Shown piece by piece: positions 40,303-50,809 of a DNA stretch of 64,000 nt (its first letter is position 1; each line of letters opens with the position of its first letter). The notes beneath the pieces are model-generated. The model searched no databases and was not told the DNA's origin. It saw only the letters and a program-made list of their open reading frames with translations. The stretch lies in contig JAWLHK010000011.1 of NCBI GenBank assembly GCA_041690355.1, positions 62,001 to 126,000 of the forward strand. The letters are read 5' to 3'. The position numbers and the translations under genes are program-made. The DNA comes from a bacterium. Its GTDB lineage: Bacteria > J088 > JAWLBW01.

Positions 40303-41841
40303 ATGGAATTTCGCAGTCTGAAATTTGCCGCCGCCTGCCTGGCCATCGCCTCGCTGGCCGCGTGCGAAGGCACTACCACCCCGGTCGTCGATACGGATGA
40401 CGACAACGGAAACGACCTTACGCCCGTGCTCAAAATCACCAGCGACCCGACCGATCTGGGTGGCCGCGGCGAATGGGGCGGCGTGGTGCTTAGCGGTTAC
40501 GGCCTCGTCAACAATGGCGACGACAACAAGCAGACGACGTCCGAAGCCGTGCCCGACGGCGTCACCCGCTGGTTCGGCGGCAGCAACAATGCCGATTCGA
40601 GCGGCACGATGCGCTACATCGTTCTCGCCGATACGGGCGAAGCCTTCCGCCCCGACGAAGAAGTCCAGGGGCTTACGGTCGAAGCGGCCGGCAGCGGCAC
40701 GCAGATCAGCTACCTGCAGGTCACGAACTCCGACGACGACGGCATCGAATGGTTCGGCGGTGCGCTCGGCGCCGATCACATCGTGGTGCAGGGTGCGAGC
40801 GACGATTCGCTCGACATGGACCTCGGCTACCAGGGCGCCATCCAGTACGCCCTCGTGATTCAGGGCGCATCGCACGGCGACAAGGGGATCGAATCGGACA
40901 GCAACGGCGACAACTTCGACGCCGCCCCCAAGTCATCGCCCGTCATCGCCAACCTGACCATTCTCGGCGACTTCGGCAACGGCGGCGCGGCCGACGCCAA
41001 CACGTCGGTTCTGCACCGCGAAGGGTTCGGCGGCCAGGTCTACCGCTCGGTTTACACTGACAACCTTCTTACGGGCGGCACGTTCGACAAGGGCTGCCTT
41101 GACCTGGACGACGAGGTTGACGAAGACCTTTTCTACGGCGACGTCGTCTTCAACTGTGCGACCGGCTTCATGCAGCATGACGACGACGCGTTCGCGGCCG
41201 ACTTCACCGGCGGCGCCTCGGCCGACATCGAAGAAGACGTCGACCTGACCATCGACGCGGCCACCCTGTCCATCACGGCCACCTGGGCCAAGAGCAACTA
41301 TGCGACGGAACTGGCCGCCGCCGGTCTCGACGACACCACCTACGTCGGCGCGGTCGACCCCGCCGCCTCGACGGCCTGGTGGGATGGCTGGACCATCCGC
41401 TCGGCGGGCATCGACGGCAACCTGCCGGGGAGCGCCAGCTTTCACCCGCTCGAGGCTGAAATCAAGGACGGCATCATCGTGCCGGCCAGCGAAAACGGCT
41501 GCGCCGACATCAATGCGGACTTCGAAGTCGGCGAACCGGTCGAAATTTTCGGCGTGACCTTCCCGGTCTGCGTGATTTCGCAGGCGATTCTCGAAAACAC
41601 CGTGCTCTCGAATGACCACGTCTACGTGCTCGACGGCACGGTCAATGTCGGCGACGGCGACGTCGAAGCCGCCAGCGACAAGGCTTCGACGACCAGCGTG
41701 GCGCTCGAGATCAAGCCGGGCGCCCAGGTCTTCGGCGTGAGCGGTTCGGCCGCCTCACTGGTCATCACCCGAGGGTCGACGATCAATGCGGTGGGCACCG
41801 CCGAACTGCCGATCGTCTTCGGCGGCGTCGAAGCCGAATAA
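40303..41841 (+). CDS. Acidic lipoprotein, TBDR-associated beta-helix-like family, apparently circularly permuted
   Basis: Lipobox LAAC; GEWGG, FGG...DSSG, DDGIEWFGG, DDSLDMDLGYQG, YVGA...WWDGWT. Confidence 0.85.
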   Translation: MEFRSLKFAAACLAIASLAACEGTTTPVVDTDDDNGNDLTPVLKITSDPTDLGGRGEWGGVVLSGYGLVNNGDDNKQTTSEAVPDGVTRWFGGSNNADSSGTMRYIVLADTGEAFRPDEEVQGLTVEAAGSGTQISYLQVTNSDDDGIEWFGGALGADHIVVQGASDDSLDMDLGYQGAIQYALVIQGASHGDKGIESDSNGDNFDAAPKSSPVIANLTILGDFGNGGAADANTSVLHREGFGGQVYRSVYTDNLLTGGTFDKGCLDLDDEVDEDLFYGDVVFNCATGFMQHDDDAFAADFTGGASADIEEDVDLTIDAATLSITATWAKSNYATELAAAGLDDTTYVGAVDPAASTAWWDGWTIRSAGIDGNLPGSASFHPLEAEIKDGIIVPASENGCADINADFEVGEPVEIFGVTFPVCVISQAILENTVLSNDHVYVLDGTVNVGDGDVEAASDKASTTSVALEIKPGAQVFGVSGSAASLVITRGSTINAVGTAELPIVFGGVEAE

Positions 41842-41864
41842 CGCACACCGTCCGCTCTCCTCAG

Positions 41865-41896
41865 AAGCCTCCGGGAAGTTTCCCGGAGGCTTTTTT
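41865..41896 (+). terminator. Intrinsic terminator ending the TonB locus
   Basis: AAGCCTCCGGGA / TCCCGGAGGCTT stem followed by a T run. Confidence 0.9.
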
Positions 41897-41971
41897 CTGT
41901 GCTCCCGCCGACCGGTTTCCCTTCAGACGCCCTGAATTGGCGCTGCGATCGCCCGGGCCAAGACTGAGGGC

Positions 41972-42343
41972 ATGCGCGACGCCTGCGAGGTTCTGCATGA
42001 TCACCTGCAGCTTGCCGCCGACCACCGGTGGGAAGAGGACCTGGCGCGCAACTTCGCCGAGGATTGCGTTCTGCTCACGAGCTACGGCACCTTCCGCGGA
42101 CGCGCGGGGCTCGACGCCAAAGTTCGCCTGCTCGAAGAACACCTGCCGAACGGACGCTATACCTACAAACAGATTCTGTGCGAAGGCGAGATGGGGTTTC
42201 TCGAATGGGACGGAGAGGGGAACAACGGCGCGATCGTGCGCGATGGCGCCGACTCCTACCTGATCCGCGACGGGCGCATCCGCGTCATGACGATTCACTA
42301 TACGGTCGAACCGGGTGAATCCTTTCGCTCCTCCACCTCGTAG
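41972..42343 (+). CDS. SnoaL/NTF2-like protein
   Basis: FAEDCVLLT..G.FRG and DGADSYLIRDGRI pattern. Confidence 0.8.
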   Translation: MRDACEVLHDHLQLAADHRWEEDLARNFAEDCVLLTSYGTFRGRAGLDAKVRLLEEHLPNGRYTYKQILCEGEMGFLEWDGEGNNGAIVRDGADSYLIRDGRIRVMTIHYTVEPGESFRSSTS

Positions 42344-42391
42344 AGCGCTCTCCTCCCGCGCTTGTTAGAATGGCAGGTACTTGGGGGAGAG

Positions 42392-42808
42392 ATGGACGCA
42401 CTCGCCGCATTCCACATCGTCGTGCTCGGATTCTGGGGCGGCGTCGTTGCCGTCGAAATCCTTTTCGAAACGGGGGGCATGCTCGGAAAGTTCCCCCCGG
42501 ACATGGTCGCGAAGCTTCACCGCCATACCGACCGGATACTCGAAGTTCCCCTCCTGATCGCGGTTCTTGCCTCGGGCCTGCTGCTCTGGCAGCGAGCGGG
42601 GTGGTCGGCGGCGCTGCTCCCCAAAGTCGCGCTCGGAACCGGGGCGGTCGCTGCCAATGCCGTCTGCGTCGTTTACGTCGAGCGCAGGGCCGCCGCCAGG
42701 GCGCCTGACGCAGGCCTCACGCGCCGGGTCGTCGCAACGGCCATCCCCGGATTTCCCCTGGCAGCCGCGGCCCTGATCGCGGGCGGTCTTCGCGCGGGCT
42801 GGTGGTAG
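42392..42808 (+). CDS. Small four-TM membrane protein
   Basis: Four hydrophobic segments; GGAG RBS before ATG 42392. Confidence 0.7.
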   Translation: MDALAAFHIVVLGFWGGVVAVEILFETGGMLGKFPPDMVAKLHRHTDRILEVPLLIAVLASGLLLWQRAGWSAALLPKVALGTGAVAANAVCVVYVERRAAARAPDAGLTRRVVATAIPGFPLAAAALIAGGLRAGWW

Positions 42809-42838
42809 GCCCCCCTCAGCCGGAACCGAGGGCGTCCG

Positions 42839-43588
42839 CTACTCTCCGCCGTAGGTTTCGTGCAGATAGCGCACGATGTCGGCCGACTCGAAGAGCGTGC
42901 GTCCCGTATTCGGATCGACCAGCCACGGAACCTGCATGCGACCGGAGCGCTCCACGAACGCCTTGCGCTTTTCCGTCGTCTGCGGCCGTCCCGGGATGAC
43001 CTTCGAACGCACCCCGGGGATCAGGAAATCGACCACGGCACCCTTCCCCACATTCCGCAGCGTATAGGGAATCTGCAGTTCGCAAAGCGCTTCGCGAACG
43101 AGCCTGCTGAACGGACTGCCCTCAAAGCTGTAGAGTTCCAGCAGCTGCGCGGGTCGACGCGCCGCTTTGCCCCTGCGGCCGCGCGCCGGGCGCACGGCGC
43201 TCGCGAAAACCGACGTCGCCGTCCACTTGAGGCGCATGGGAGGACGGCCGCGGCCGTACTGCGCATACAGGTAGTCGATGATGTCGTCGGACTCGTACAT
43301 CTCGGTCCCGGTATTGGGGTCGACCAGAAAGGGAACCATGATCTTTCCGCCCAGCGCCCGAACCCGCTCGCGGAAATCGGAGCCGGGAGGGCACGGATAG
43401 ATGTCGGCATCCAGATCGAGCTGCGTCAACGCATCGCGCACCTTGCGGCAGAAGGGGCAGTTCTCCATCTCGTAGAGTTCGAGACGCCGCTCGGGGCGGT
43501 GCGGCCCCGCGTCCGACGCGAACAGACCCGTACCCAGGCGCGCCCCGGCGCCCAGCAGCGTGGTTCCGACATCCAGCATGCGGCTCAT
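42839..43588 (-). CDS. Tandem GST-N/glutaredoxin-like domain protein
   Basis: Two repeats of LELY....[C/S]PF[C/S]R.VR...VP.LVDPNTG...ES.DI..YL. Confidence 0.88.
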   Translation of the reverse strand: MSRMLDVGTTLLGAGARLGTGLFASDAGPHRPERRLELYEMENCPFCRKVRDALTQLDLDADIYPCPPGSDFRERVRALGGKIMVPFLVDPNTGTEMYESDDIIDYLYAQYGRGRPPMRLKWTATSVFASAVRPARGRRGKAARRPAQLLELYSFEGSPFSRLVREALCELQIPYTLRNVGKGAVVDFLIPGVRSKVIPGRPQTTEKRKAFVERSGRMQVPWLVDPNTGRTLFESADIVRYLHETYGGE

Positions 43589-43619
43589 AACCTGTCCCCT
43601 CGATTCGTGCGCTCAGTCA

Positions 43620-43708
43620 TGGTGCCCGGAGCGGGGATCGAACCCGCACGTCCCTTGCGGGACAACGGATTTTAAGTCCGTTGCGTCTGCCAGTTTCGCC
43701 ATCCGGGC
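43620..43708 (-). tRNA. tRNA-Leu (anticodon UAA)
   Basis: GCCCGGA/TCCGGGC acceptor stem, anticodon loop CTTAAAA, long variable arm, GGTTCGA T-loop, encoded CCA. Confidence 0.96.
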
Positions 43709-43875
43709 AAAGAGCATCATTGTATCCGGAACGAGGGGCGAAGCGCAGGTACGAGCCGCCCGGCCCTTCGCCGGCGCCGGACCCGCATCGCCCCGATTGC
43801 AGGCCGCTCGCGCAATTCGATAAACTGTAGCCACTCTCCGCCGGCCCTGCGGTCGCGCGGTTCACGAGGGGTTGC

Positions 43876-46800
43876 ATGGTCATGACTTGGCATCCGAAAC
43901 GCGGGCTCTGGTGGGTTGCATTGGGAGTCCTGGCCGCCGGCTGCGGCGGCGACGAGAACGCATTCGTCTTCTCAGATCGAACCGCGCCGCGCGTCGAAAG
44001 GTTTTCACCCGTCGACAAGGCGACGGACGTCGACGTGCGCGCCGAAGTCGAGGTGCAGTTCGACGAGTCGATCGCGCCGGCTTCGGTCGACGGCGAGGCC
44101 CTCGTGCTGACCGCCCCCGACGGCAACCCTGTCAAAGGGTTTCTCTCGCTGCAGACGACGCGCCTGCACCTGCGCCCCGCCCTCCCCCTCGAATACGCCA
44201 CCACCTACACCGTGCGGACGAGTGCGCGCATCACCGATCTCTTCGGCAACGAGGCCGCCGCCGTCACCTGGACCTTCACGACCGGCACAGACCGGGACCC
44301 GCCCCAGCAGCCGAATAATCTTCAGTACCCGGCGACCACGAACCGATCGACCGCGACCCTGACGGGAAACAAGGAACTCAACAGCGAAGTGCTCGTGAAC
44401 GGCAAGAAGCTCCCGGGCACGATGGGGGTCGGCGAGTTCACGGCGAAGCTCAGCCTCCCGGCCGAGGGCAAGAACAAATTCGAGCTGACGGCCGTCGACC
44501 CGGCCGGCAACGAGTCGGTCGCGGTGACCGTCACCATCGTTCGGGATACCGTGTACCCGAACCCCCTCGTGACGTGCGGCAGCGGAACCGGCGCGACGAC
44601 GCGCGGCATTCTCTGGCATTACGGCGCGGCCCAGACCGCCTGCTGGGATCCGCCCGATCCGCTCTACTGGACGAACATCAGCCTGCCCTTCGGCATTCAG
44701 TGGACGCCGGGCGCCGGCGACGTCGCGCGGGTCGTACTCGACGGTGTCACGGTGATCGAGACCGCGTCGGCCAGCGCCGAGGACAACCTCTTTCGCTTCG
44801 GACGCCCCGAAGGCGCAGTCGTACTGAAAGCCGAAACCGTCGACGGCGCGGGCAACGTCACGCCCGCCTTTCAGCGCACCGTCATCGTCGATACGCTGGC
44901 CCCGGATCTCTTTGCGCTCGACGGATTTCCGCCTTTCGTAACATCGACTGCCGGCGAGGTCACCGTTGAAGGCGAGACGGCCGGCACGTGGACGGCCCTG
45001 GCCGACGGCGCGCCGCTCACGCCCGTCTCGTGCACGGCAGGCTCGTCGGCATCGCGCCAGGCGTGCGCCTATGACCTTTCGGGCTGGGGCGAAGGCGAAC
45101 ACCGGTTCTCGATTTCGATCACCGACGCCGCCGGTAACGTGAGCCGCCTGCTCCGGCACGCGCGCATCGACGCGACGCCGCCGGCGGTGCTGGCCCGCAT
45201 TCCCCAGCTCTCGGCCACGACCGGGAACAACCTCGTCCTGCATGCGTTCTTCGACGAACCGGTAACCCTCGGGACGCTGACGGTCGATCAGACCTCCGAC
45301 GTGCTGGCGGCCGAACCCTCGGCCGATCGCGCGCACTGGAAGGCGGCGTGGACCGCTCCGGGCAACGGCGCCTATACCGCCTCGGCCGTCGCGCGGGACG
45401 CGGCCGGTAACGCGACCGCCGTCACCTGGAGCTTCACGGCGAGCGGTTCGGCAAACTTTCCCCTGACCCTGGGCAGTCCGTCAGCGGCCACCGACGGGGC
45501 TTCCCGCACGGGCGGATTCATGCTCAGCGGCTTTCCGGCCAATCCGGTGCACGTCGTGCGCTACCGGCCCCGGCCGTCGGTCAACGCGTTCGCCATGGGG
45601 GTCACCACCGGGTCGACGATCACGCTGACCGGCGATCCGCTGTCCGAGATCGAGGGCCATGTGGAATCGTACAGCCAGGACGGCACGTGGGTGACCGCCC
45701 CCTTCGGCCCGATCTCGTGGAACGATCGGGCGCAGGTGGTCGCCGATACGGTGACCGCGCTCGAATACGCCTCCTTCGCCGCAGAGCCGGGAGCGGTGCC
45801 CGGCAGAACGGCCGGATTCCTGCTGACGACAGCCCTGGCGCCGCTGCAGCTGACGGCCGGCGCGACGTCGCTCACCCCCGTTGCCGGCGTCACCGGTTGC
45901 TCGGCCGATGAATACACCCCTTTTCCGCTCAGCCTCCTCTCCTGGCCCGATGCGCTGCACGGACGCGCCTGCGCCGCCTTCGGCGGAACCTATGCGGGTG
46001 TGTGGAACGTCAATCTGGAGACGGGCGCCCGGCAGAAGCACCTCGACGCTCCGCAGCAGACCCTCGAACGCGATTTCGGCGCCAGCCTCGCCACGGGCAT
46101 GCTCTTCGGCGGCGAACCGCAGGTCGTCGTCGGGGCCCCCGGCGCCGATCGGGTCTATGTCTACGCCACGACGACCGCCACGACGCCGCGCTGGATGCTG
46201 AGCGGCGACCTCGCCCGCGGAAATGCACGCTTCGGCGCCGCCCTGGCCGTGGCCTCCGACCATGCCGGCGCGGGAATCGCGACGCTCGCCGTCGCGGCCA
46301 GCCGCGAGCCGGCCATTTATTTCTTCGACGGCCCCGCGCTCGATGCGGCCGACGAAATTCCCCGTTACCGGACGCGCGTGGCGCTGCCGCTCGACGCATA
46401 CTGCGCCACTTTTCCCGTCTACGAACGCATGGAACTCCTTGCGCCGGGCGACGTCGACGGCGACGGCAGCGGCGACTTCGTGCTCGTCGGCTGGTCCTGC
46501 ACCGGCGAGGCTCTCGTGCGCGTCTTCTACGGCGGTGCGGGCGCCGGGGGCGACGCGGCCCCCCTGTCGACGCCGGCCTATCCGCGGCTCACCGACGTCG
46601 CGCGGCTGCCGAGCGGCTCCCTGCGCGCGCAGGCCAGGCCGCTGGGCGACCTGAACGGCGACGGGCTGGCCGATTTCGGCTTCATCGACGAATCGGGAGG
46701 CGGGATGCTGCGCGTCTTCTACGGAAGCGCGAGCGGCACGCCGCGCCAGGCGGTCCTGCTCCCCTCCGCGACCGCGCTGGGGGGCGTCACGACGCAGTGG

Positions 46801-46902
46801 AGCTGGCTGCTCGCGGGGACGATGGACCGCAACGGAGACGGACTTCCCGAGCTCATTCTGGGACGGAACTCGGCGTCGCCGACTCTGCTGCTGTGGCCCT
46901 GA
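43876..46902 (+). CDS. Large lipoprotein with Ig-like repeats and FG-GAP repeats
   Basis: Lipobox AAGC; DRTAPRV...WTFTT Ig-like domain, repeated D.AGN, VVVGAPG, GDVDGDG, GDLNGDG. Confidence 0.85.
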   Translation: MVMTWHPKRGLWWVALGVLAAGCGGDENAFVFSDRTAPRVERFSPVDKATDVDVRAEVEVQFDESIAPASVDGEALVLTAPDGNPVKGFLSLQTTRLHLRPALPLEYATTYTVRTSARITDLFGNEAAAVTWTFTTGTDRDPPQQPNNLQYPATTNRSTATLTGNKELNSEVLVNGKKLPGTMGVGEFTAKLSLPAEGKNKFELTAVDPAGNESVAVTVTIVRDTVYPNPLVTCGSGTGATTRGILWHYGAAQTACWDPPDPLYWTNISLPFGIQWTPGAGDVARVVLDGVTVIETASASAEDNLFRFGRPEGAVVLKAETVDGAGNVTPAFQRTVIVDTLAPDLFALDGFPPFVTSTAGEVTVEGETAGTWTALADGAPLTPVSCTAGSSASRQACAYDLSGWGEGEHRFSISITDAAGNVSRLLRHARIDATPPAVLARIPQLSATTGNNLVLHAFFDEPVTLGTLTVDQTSDVLAAEPSADRAHWKAAWTAPGNGAYTASAVARDAAGNATAVTWSFTASGSANFPLTLGSPSAATDGASRTGGFMLSGFPANPVHVVRYRPRPSVNAFAMGVTTGSTITLTGDPLSEIEGHVESYSQDGTWVTAPFGPISWNDRAQVVADTVTALEYASFAAEPGAVPGRTAGFLLTTALAPLQLTAGATSLTPVAGVTGCSADEYTPFPLSLLSWPDALHGRACAAFGGTYAGVWNVNLETGARQKHLDAPQQTLERDFGASLATGMLFGGEPQVVVGAPGADRVYVYATTTATTPRWMLSGDLARGNARFGAALAVASDHAGAGIATLAVAASREPAIYFFDGPALDAADEIPRYRTRVALPLDAYCATFPVYERMELLAPGDVDGDGSGDFVLVGWSCTGEALVRVFYGGAGAGGDAAPLSTPAYPRLTDVARLPSGSLRAQARPLGDLNGDGLADFGFIDESGGGMLRVFYGSASGTPRQAVLLPSATALGGVTTQWSWLLAGTMDRNGDGLPELILGRNSASPTLLLWP

Positions 46903-47737
46903 CCTCGCTCGGAGGCAGGGCGCGCACCTTGAAGATACGGCGTGAGTTCGCGCTCTCGATGACGAACGTCCGCCCGCCCCAGGCAATCTGCTCGCCGCGG
47001 CGCGGAATGCGGCCGACCTGATTCGAGAGAAAGCCGCCCAGCGTGTCGTAATCCTGTTCTCCCTCGGGCTCTTCCAGCGACAGCAGTTCGAAGGCGCGGT
47101 CGACGGGCAGGCGCGCATCCACCAGCACCGCCCCGTCGGGAAGCGGGTTCACGAGCGACTCTTCTTCGTCGTATTCGTCCTGGATCTCGCCGAAGATCTC
47201 TTCAATCAGGTCTTCGAGCGTGACGATGCCCGAAAGGCCGCCATATTCGTCGATGACGATGGCCAGGTGCATGCGGTCGGCCTTGAAGCGTGCCATCAGC
47301 TCGGTGGCGGGCTTACCCTCGGGAACGATGAGCGGCGGCCGCAGCAGCTTGAGATGATCGTGGGCGCCGACCGGCTTGCCCCAGAGCTTCAACAGATCTT
47401 TCGTATAAAGAACGCCGACGACGTTGTCGATGTCGCCGTCGTAGAAAGGGATGCGCGAGTGACTGCGGTCGCGGATGTGCTCGATGACCCGCTGAAAGGG
47501 TTCTGCCGTCGAGATGGCGAAGATCTCGGAGCGCGGCACCATGATCTCGGCGGCCGTGCGGTCGCGAAACTCGACCACGCGCCGGATCATGCCCGCCTCT
47601 TCAGGATTGATGTAACCCTGCTCGGTGAGGCGGTCGGTTATTTCTTCGACGTATTCTTCGGATTCTTCCTGCGGCGGAGGCTCTCCCGGAGGTCTGCTCC
47701 GAAAAAGGCGCCGCAGAATACTGCCAGGGTTATCCAT
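46853..47737 (-). CDS. CBS-pair + CorC/HlyC domain protein
   Basis: IMVPRSEI, HSRIPFY, IDEYGGLSGIVTLEDLIEEIFGEIQDEYD, DTLGGF. Confidence 0.92.
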   Translation of the reverse strand: MDNPGSILRRLFRSRPPGEPPPQEESEEYVEEITDRLTEQGYINPEEAGMIRRVVEFRDRTAAEIMVPRSEIFAISTAEPFQRVIEHIRDRSHSRIPFYDGDIDNVVGVLYTKDLLKLWGKPVGAHDHLKLLRPPLIVPEGKPATELMARFKADRMHLAIVIDEYGGLSGIVTLEDLIEEIFGEIQDEYDEEESLVNPLPDGAVLVDARLPVDRAFELLSLEEPEGEQDYDTLGGFLSNQVGRIPRRGEQIAWGGRTFVIESANSRRIFKVRALPPSEVRATAAESATPSSVPE

Positions 47738-48208
47738 GCTGGACGTATTGCTCCTTGTAGTGCACCAGTTCGGCCGCCAGCGGCGCGACCGCGTTGAAGA
47801 CCCGCTCCTCGGCGCGCTTCATGCGCCGCCGCTCGCTTTCGTCGACGCCGACATGGTCGTAGCCGAGAATGTGCAGCAGGCCGTGCGCGATGAGCTGCGC
47901 AAGGCGGTGGTCGAGGCTGAGCCCGGCCCCCTCGGCCTCACGCGCCGCGGTGTCTACCGATACAATGATATCCCCCAGAAGCCGTTCGTCAAGTCCGGGC
48001 ACGTCGCCGAGGGGAAACGAGATGACGTTCGTGGGGCGGCGCTTACCGAAAGTTTCGGCATTCACCTCGGTCATCCCGGGGTCGTCGACGAGGGTGACGT
48101 GCACGGCTTCACGCGGGTGCTCGACCGCCTCGAGCATGGCGCGGATGAGCTTGCGCAGCCGGGCCCGGTTCACCCGGATGCCCGGGTGCCGGTTGAACAA
48201 CTCAATGG

Positions 48209-48212
<4 letters not shown>
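47730..48212 (-). CDS. ybeY: rRNA maturation factor YbeY
   Basis: PTNVISFP, LGDIIVS, HGLLHILGYDH. Confidence 0.96.
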
Positions 48213-49357
<1,145 letters not shown>

Positions 49358-49499
49358 AGACAGTATCAGAATGCCGGGAACGCAGGTAGATTGGACGTAC
49401 AGAAAGCCGGACCGTGCCCGGCGGGCGCAGGCTGCCCCGCCGGTCGCCCCTGTGCCTCCCGGGATTGACCTGCTCCGCCGCATCTGGGACCCTTTGACG

Positions 49500-50381
49500 A
49501 TGACTGTCCGCAACCGTGCCGATCGACCGTCGCCCGGCGAAGCCTTCGCCCGTCTGGTGAGCATCATGGACCGCCTGCGCGAACCCGGCGGCTGCCCCTG
49601 GGATCGGGAGCAGACCTTCGCGTCGCTGCGCCGGTACCTGGTCGAAGAAGCGGCCGAGGCGCTCGAAGCGCTCGATCGCGAAGACTGGCCGCACTTCAGC
49701 GAGGAACTGGGCGACCTGCTGCTCCAGATCGTCTTTCACGGGCGCATGGGGGCCGAGGCCGGGCTGTTCGACATCGTCGACATCGTCGAGGGGATCAGTG
49801 ACAAGATGACCCGCCGCCATCCTCACGTCTTCGGCGCCGGGCATGCCGCCACGGCCGAGGAGGTCCACCGGAACTGGGAGCGCCTCAAGGCGGCCGAAAA
49901 AGGGGGGGAGCAGGAAGAGCATCCGCTCGGCAGACTTCCGCCCGATCTCTCTTCGCTTCAGAAAGCGCAGAAGACCGGCGCCAGGGCCGGCGCGACCGGT
50001 TTCGACTGGCCCGACGCGGCCGCGGTCCTGCGCAAGGTGCAGGAGGAGATGGGGGAGCTGCAGGCCGAAATGGACGCGGCTCCCGAGACGCCGGAGCGCC
50101 GCGCGCGCATGGAGGAGGAACTCGGCGACGTTCTCTTTGCCCTCGGCCAGCTCGCGCGCCACCTCGACCTGGATGCCGATCGGGCCCTGAACCGCGGCGT
50201 CCTCAAGTTCCGCGACCGCTACGCGCGCATGGTGCGCATGCTCGAAGGCGAAGGCCGTTCGCTCGAGGGGATGAGCGACGAGCAGATGGAGGCGGCCTGG
50301 CAGCGGGCCAAGCGGCTGCATGCTCAAGGAAAGAGCGGCGTCGGAAGCGTGCTCCCGGATGAATACCCAGGCAAAGGTTGA
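49500..50381 (+). CDS. mazG: Nucleoside triphosphate pyrophosphohydrolase MazG
   Basis: GCPWDREQT, EELGDLL, RRHPHVF, GFDW, second EELGD. Confidence 0.95.
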   Translation: MTVRNRADRPSPGEAFARLVSIMDRLREPGGCPWDREQTFASLRRYLVEEAAEALEALDREDWPHFSEELGDLLLQIVFHGRMGAEAGLFDIVDIVEGISDKMTRRHPHVFGAGHAATAEEVHRNWERLKAAEKGGEQEEHPLGRLPPDLSSLQKAQKTGARAGATGFDWPDAAAVLRKVQEEMGELQAEMDAAPETPERRARMEEELGDVLFALGQLARHLDLDADRALNRGVLKFRDRYARMVRMLEGEGRSLEGMSDEQMEAAWQRAKRLHAQGKSGVGSVLPDEYPGKG

Positions 50382-50407
50382 CACGATTTTCGGGACCTGA
50401 TTATAAT
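50378..50407 (+). promoter_or_regulatory. Consensus sigma-70 promoter for rpsT
   Basis: TTGACA-N18-TATAAT; the -35 contains the mazG TGA stop. Confidence 0.75.
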
Positions 50408-50433
50408 GTATGGATTCATTTTGAGAGGATTGA

Positions 50434-50718
50434 ATGGCCAACCATAAATCTGCCGCGAAGCGCGCCCGTCAGAACGAGAAGCGCCGCATCCGTAACCGCG
50501 CCGTGAAGACCCGCGTCAAGAACGCCGTTCGCGAGGTCGTCCACGCCGTCGAGAAGAGCGCTGCCGACGAGGCCCAGACGTCGCTGGTCGCGGCCGTGAA
50601 GACCGTGCAGAAGGCCCGCTCGAAGGGAGTTCTTCACAAGAAGACCGCTTCGCGCCGCGTCAGCCGCCTGACCCGCGCCGTGAACAAGCTCGCGGCGGCC
50701 GAAAAGGTCAAGAGCTGA
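50434..50718 (+). CDS. rpsT: 30S ribosomal protein S20
   Basis: MANHKSAAKRARQNEKRR...KGVLHKKTASRRVSRL. Confidence 0.98.
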   Translation: MANHKSAAKRARQNEKRRIRNRAVKTRVKNAVREVVHAVEKSAADEAQTSLVAAVKTVQKARSKGVLHKKTASRRVSRLTRAVNKLAAAEKVKS

Positions 50719-50752
50719 GCTGCATCCGCCCCGGGCGGAATCGCCGAATTTG

Positions 50753-50784
50753 AAAAAGCCCGCAGCAGCGCTGCGGGCTTTTTT
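50753..50784. terminator. Bidirectional intrinsic terminator
   Basis: AAAAAGCCCGCAGC / GCTGCGGGCTTTTT between convergent genes. Confidence 0.9.
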
Positions 50785-50809
50785 CGTCTCCGCCGAGTGG
50801 AACGGTCGT

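Noticed and set aside
25560-43708. Possible tRNA-anchored genomic island covering the accessory genes
   Set aside because: No integrase; the only similarity noticed to the tRNA 3' end is a 9-bp CCCGGAGCG near 25568; core rnhA lies inside the interval
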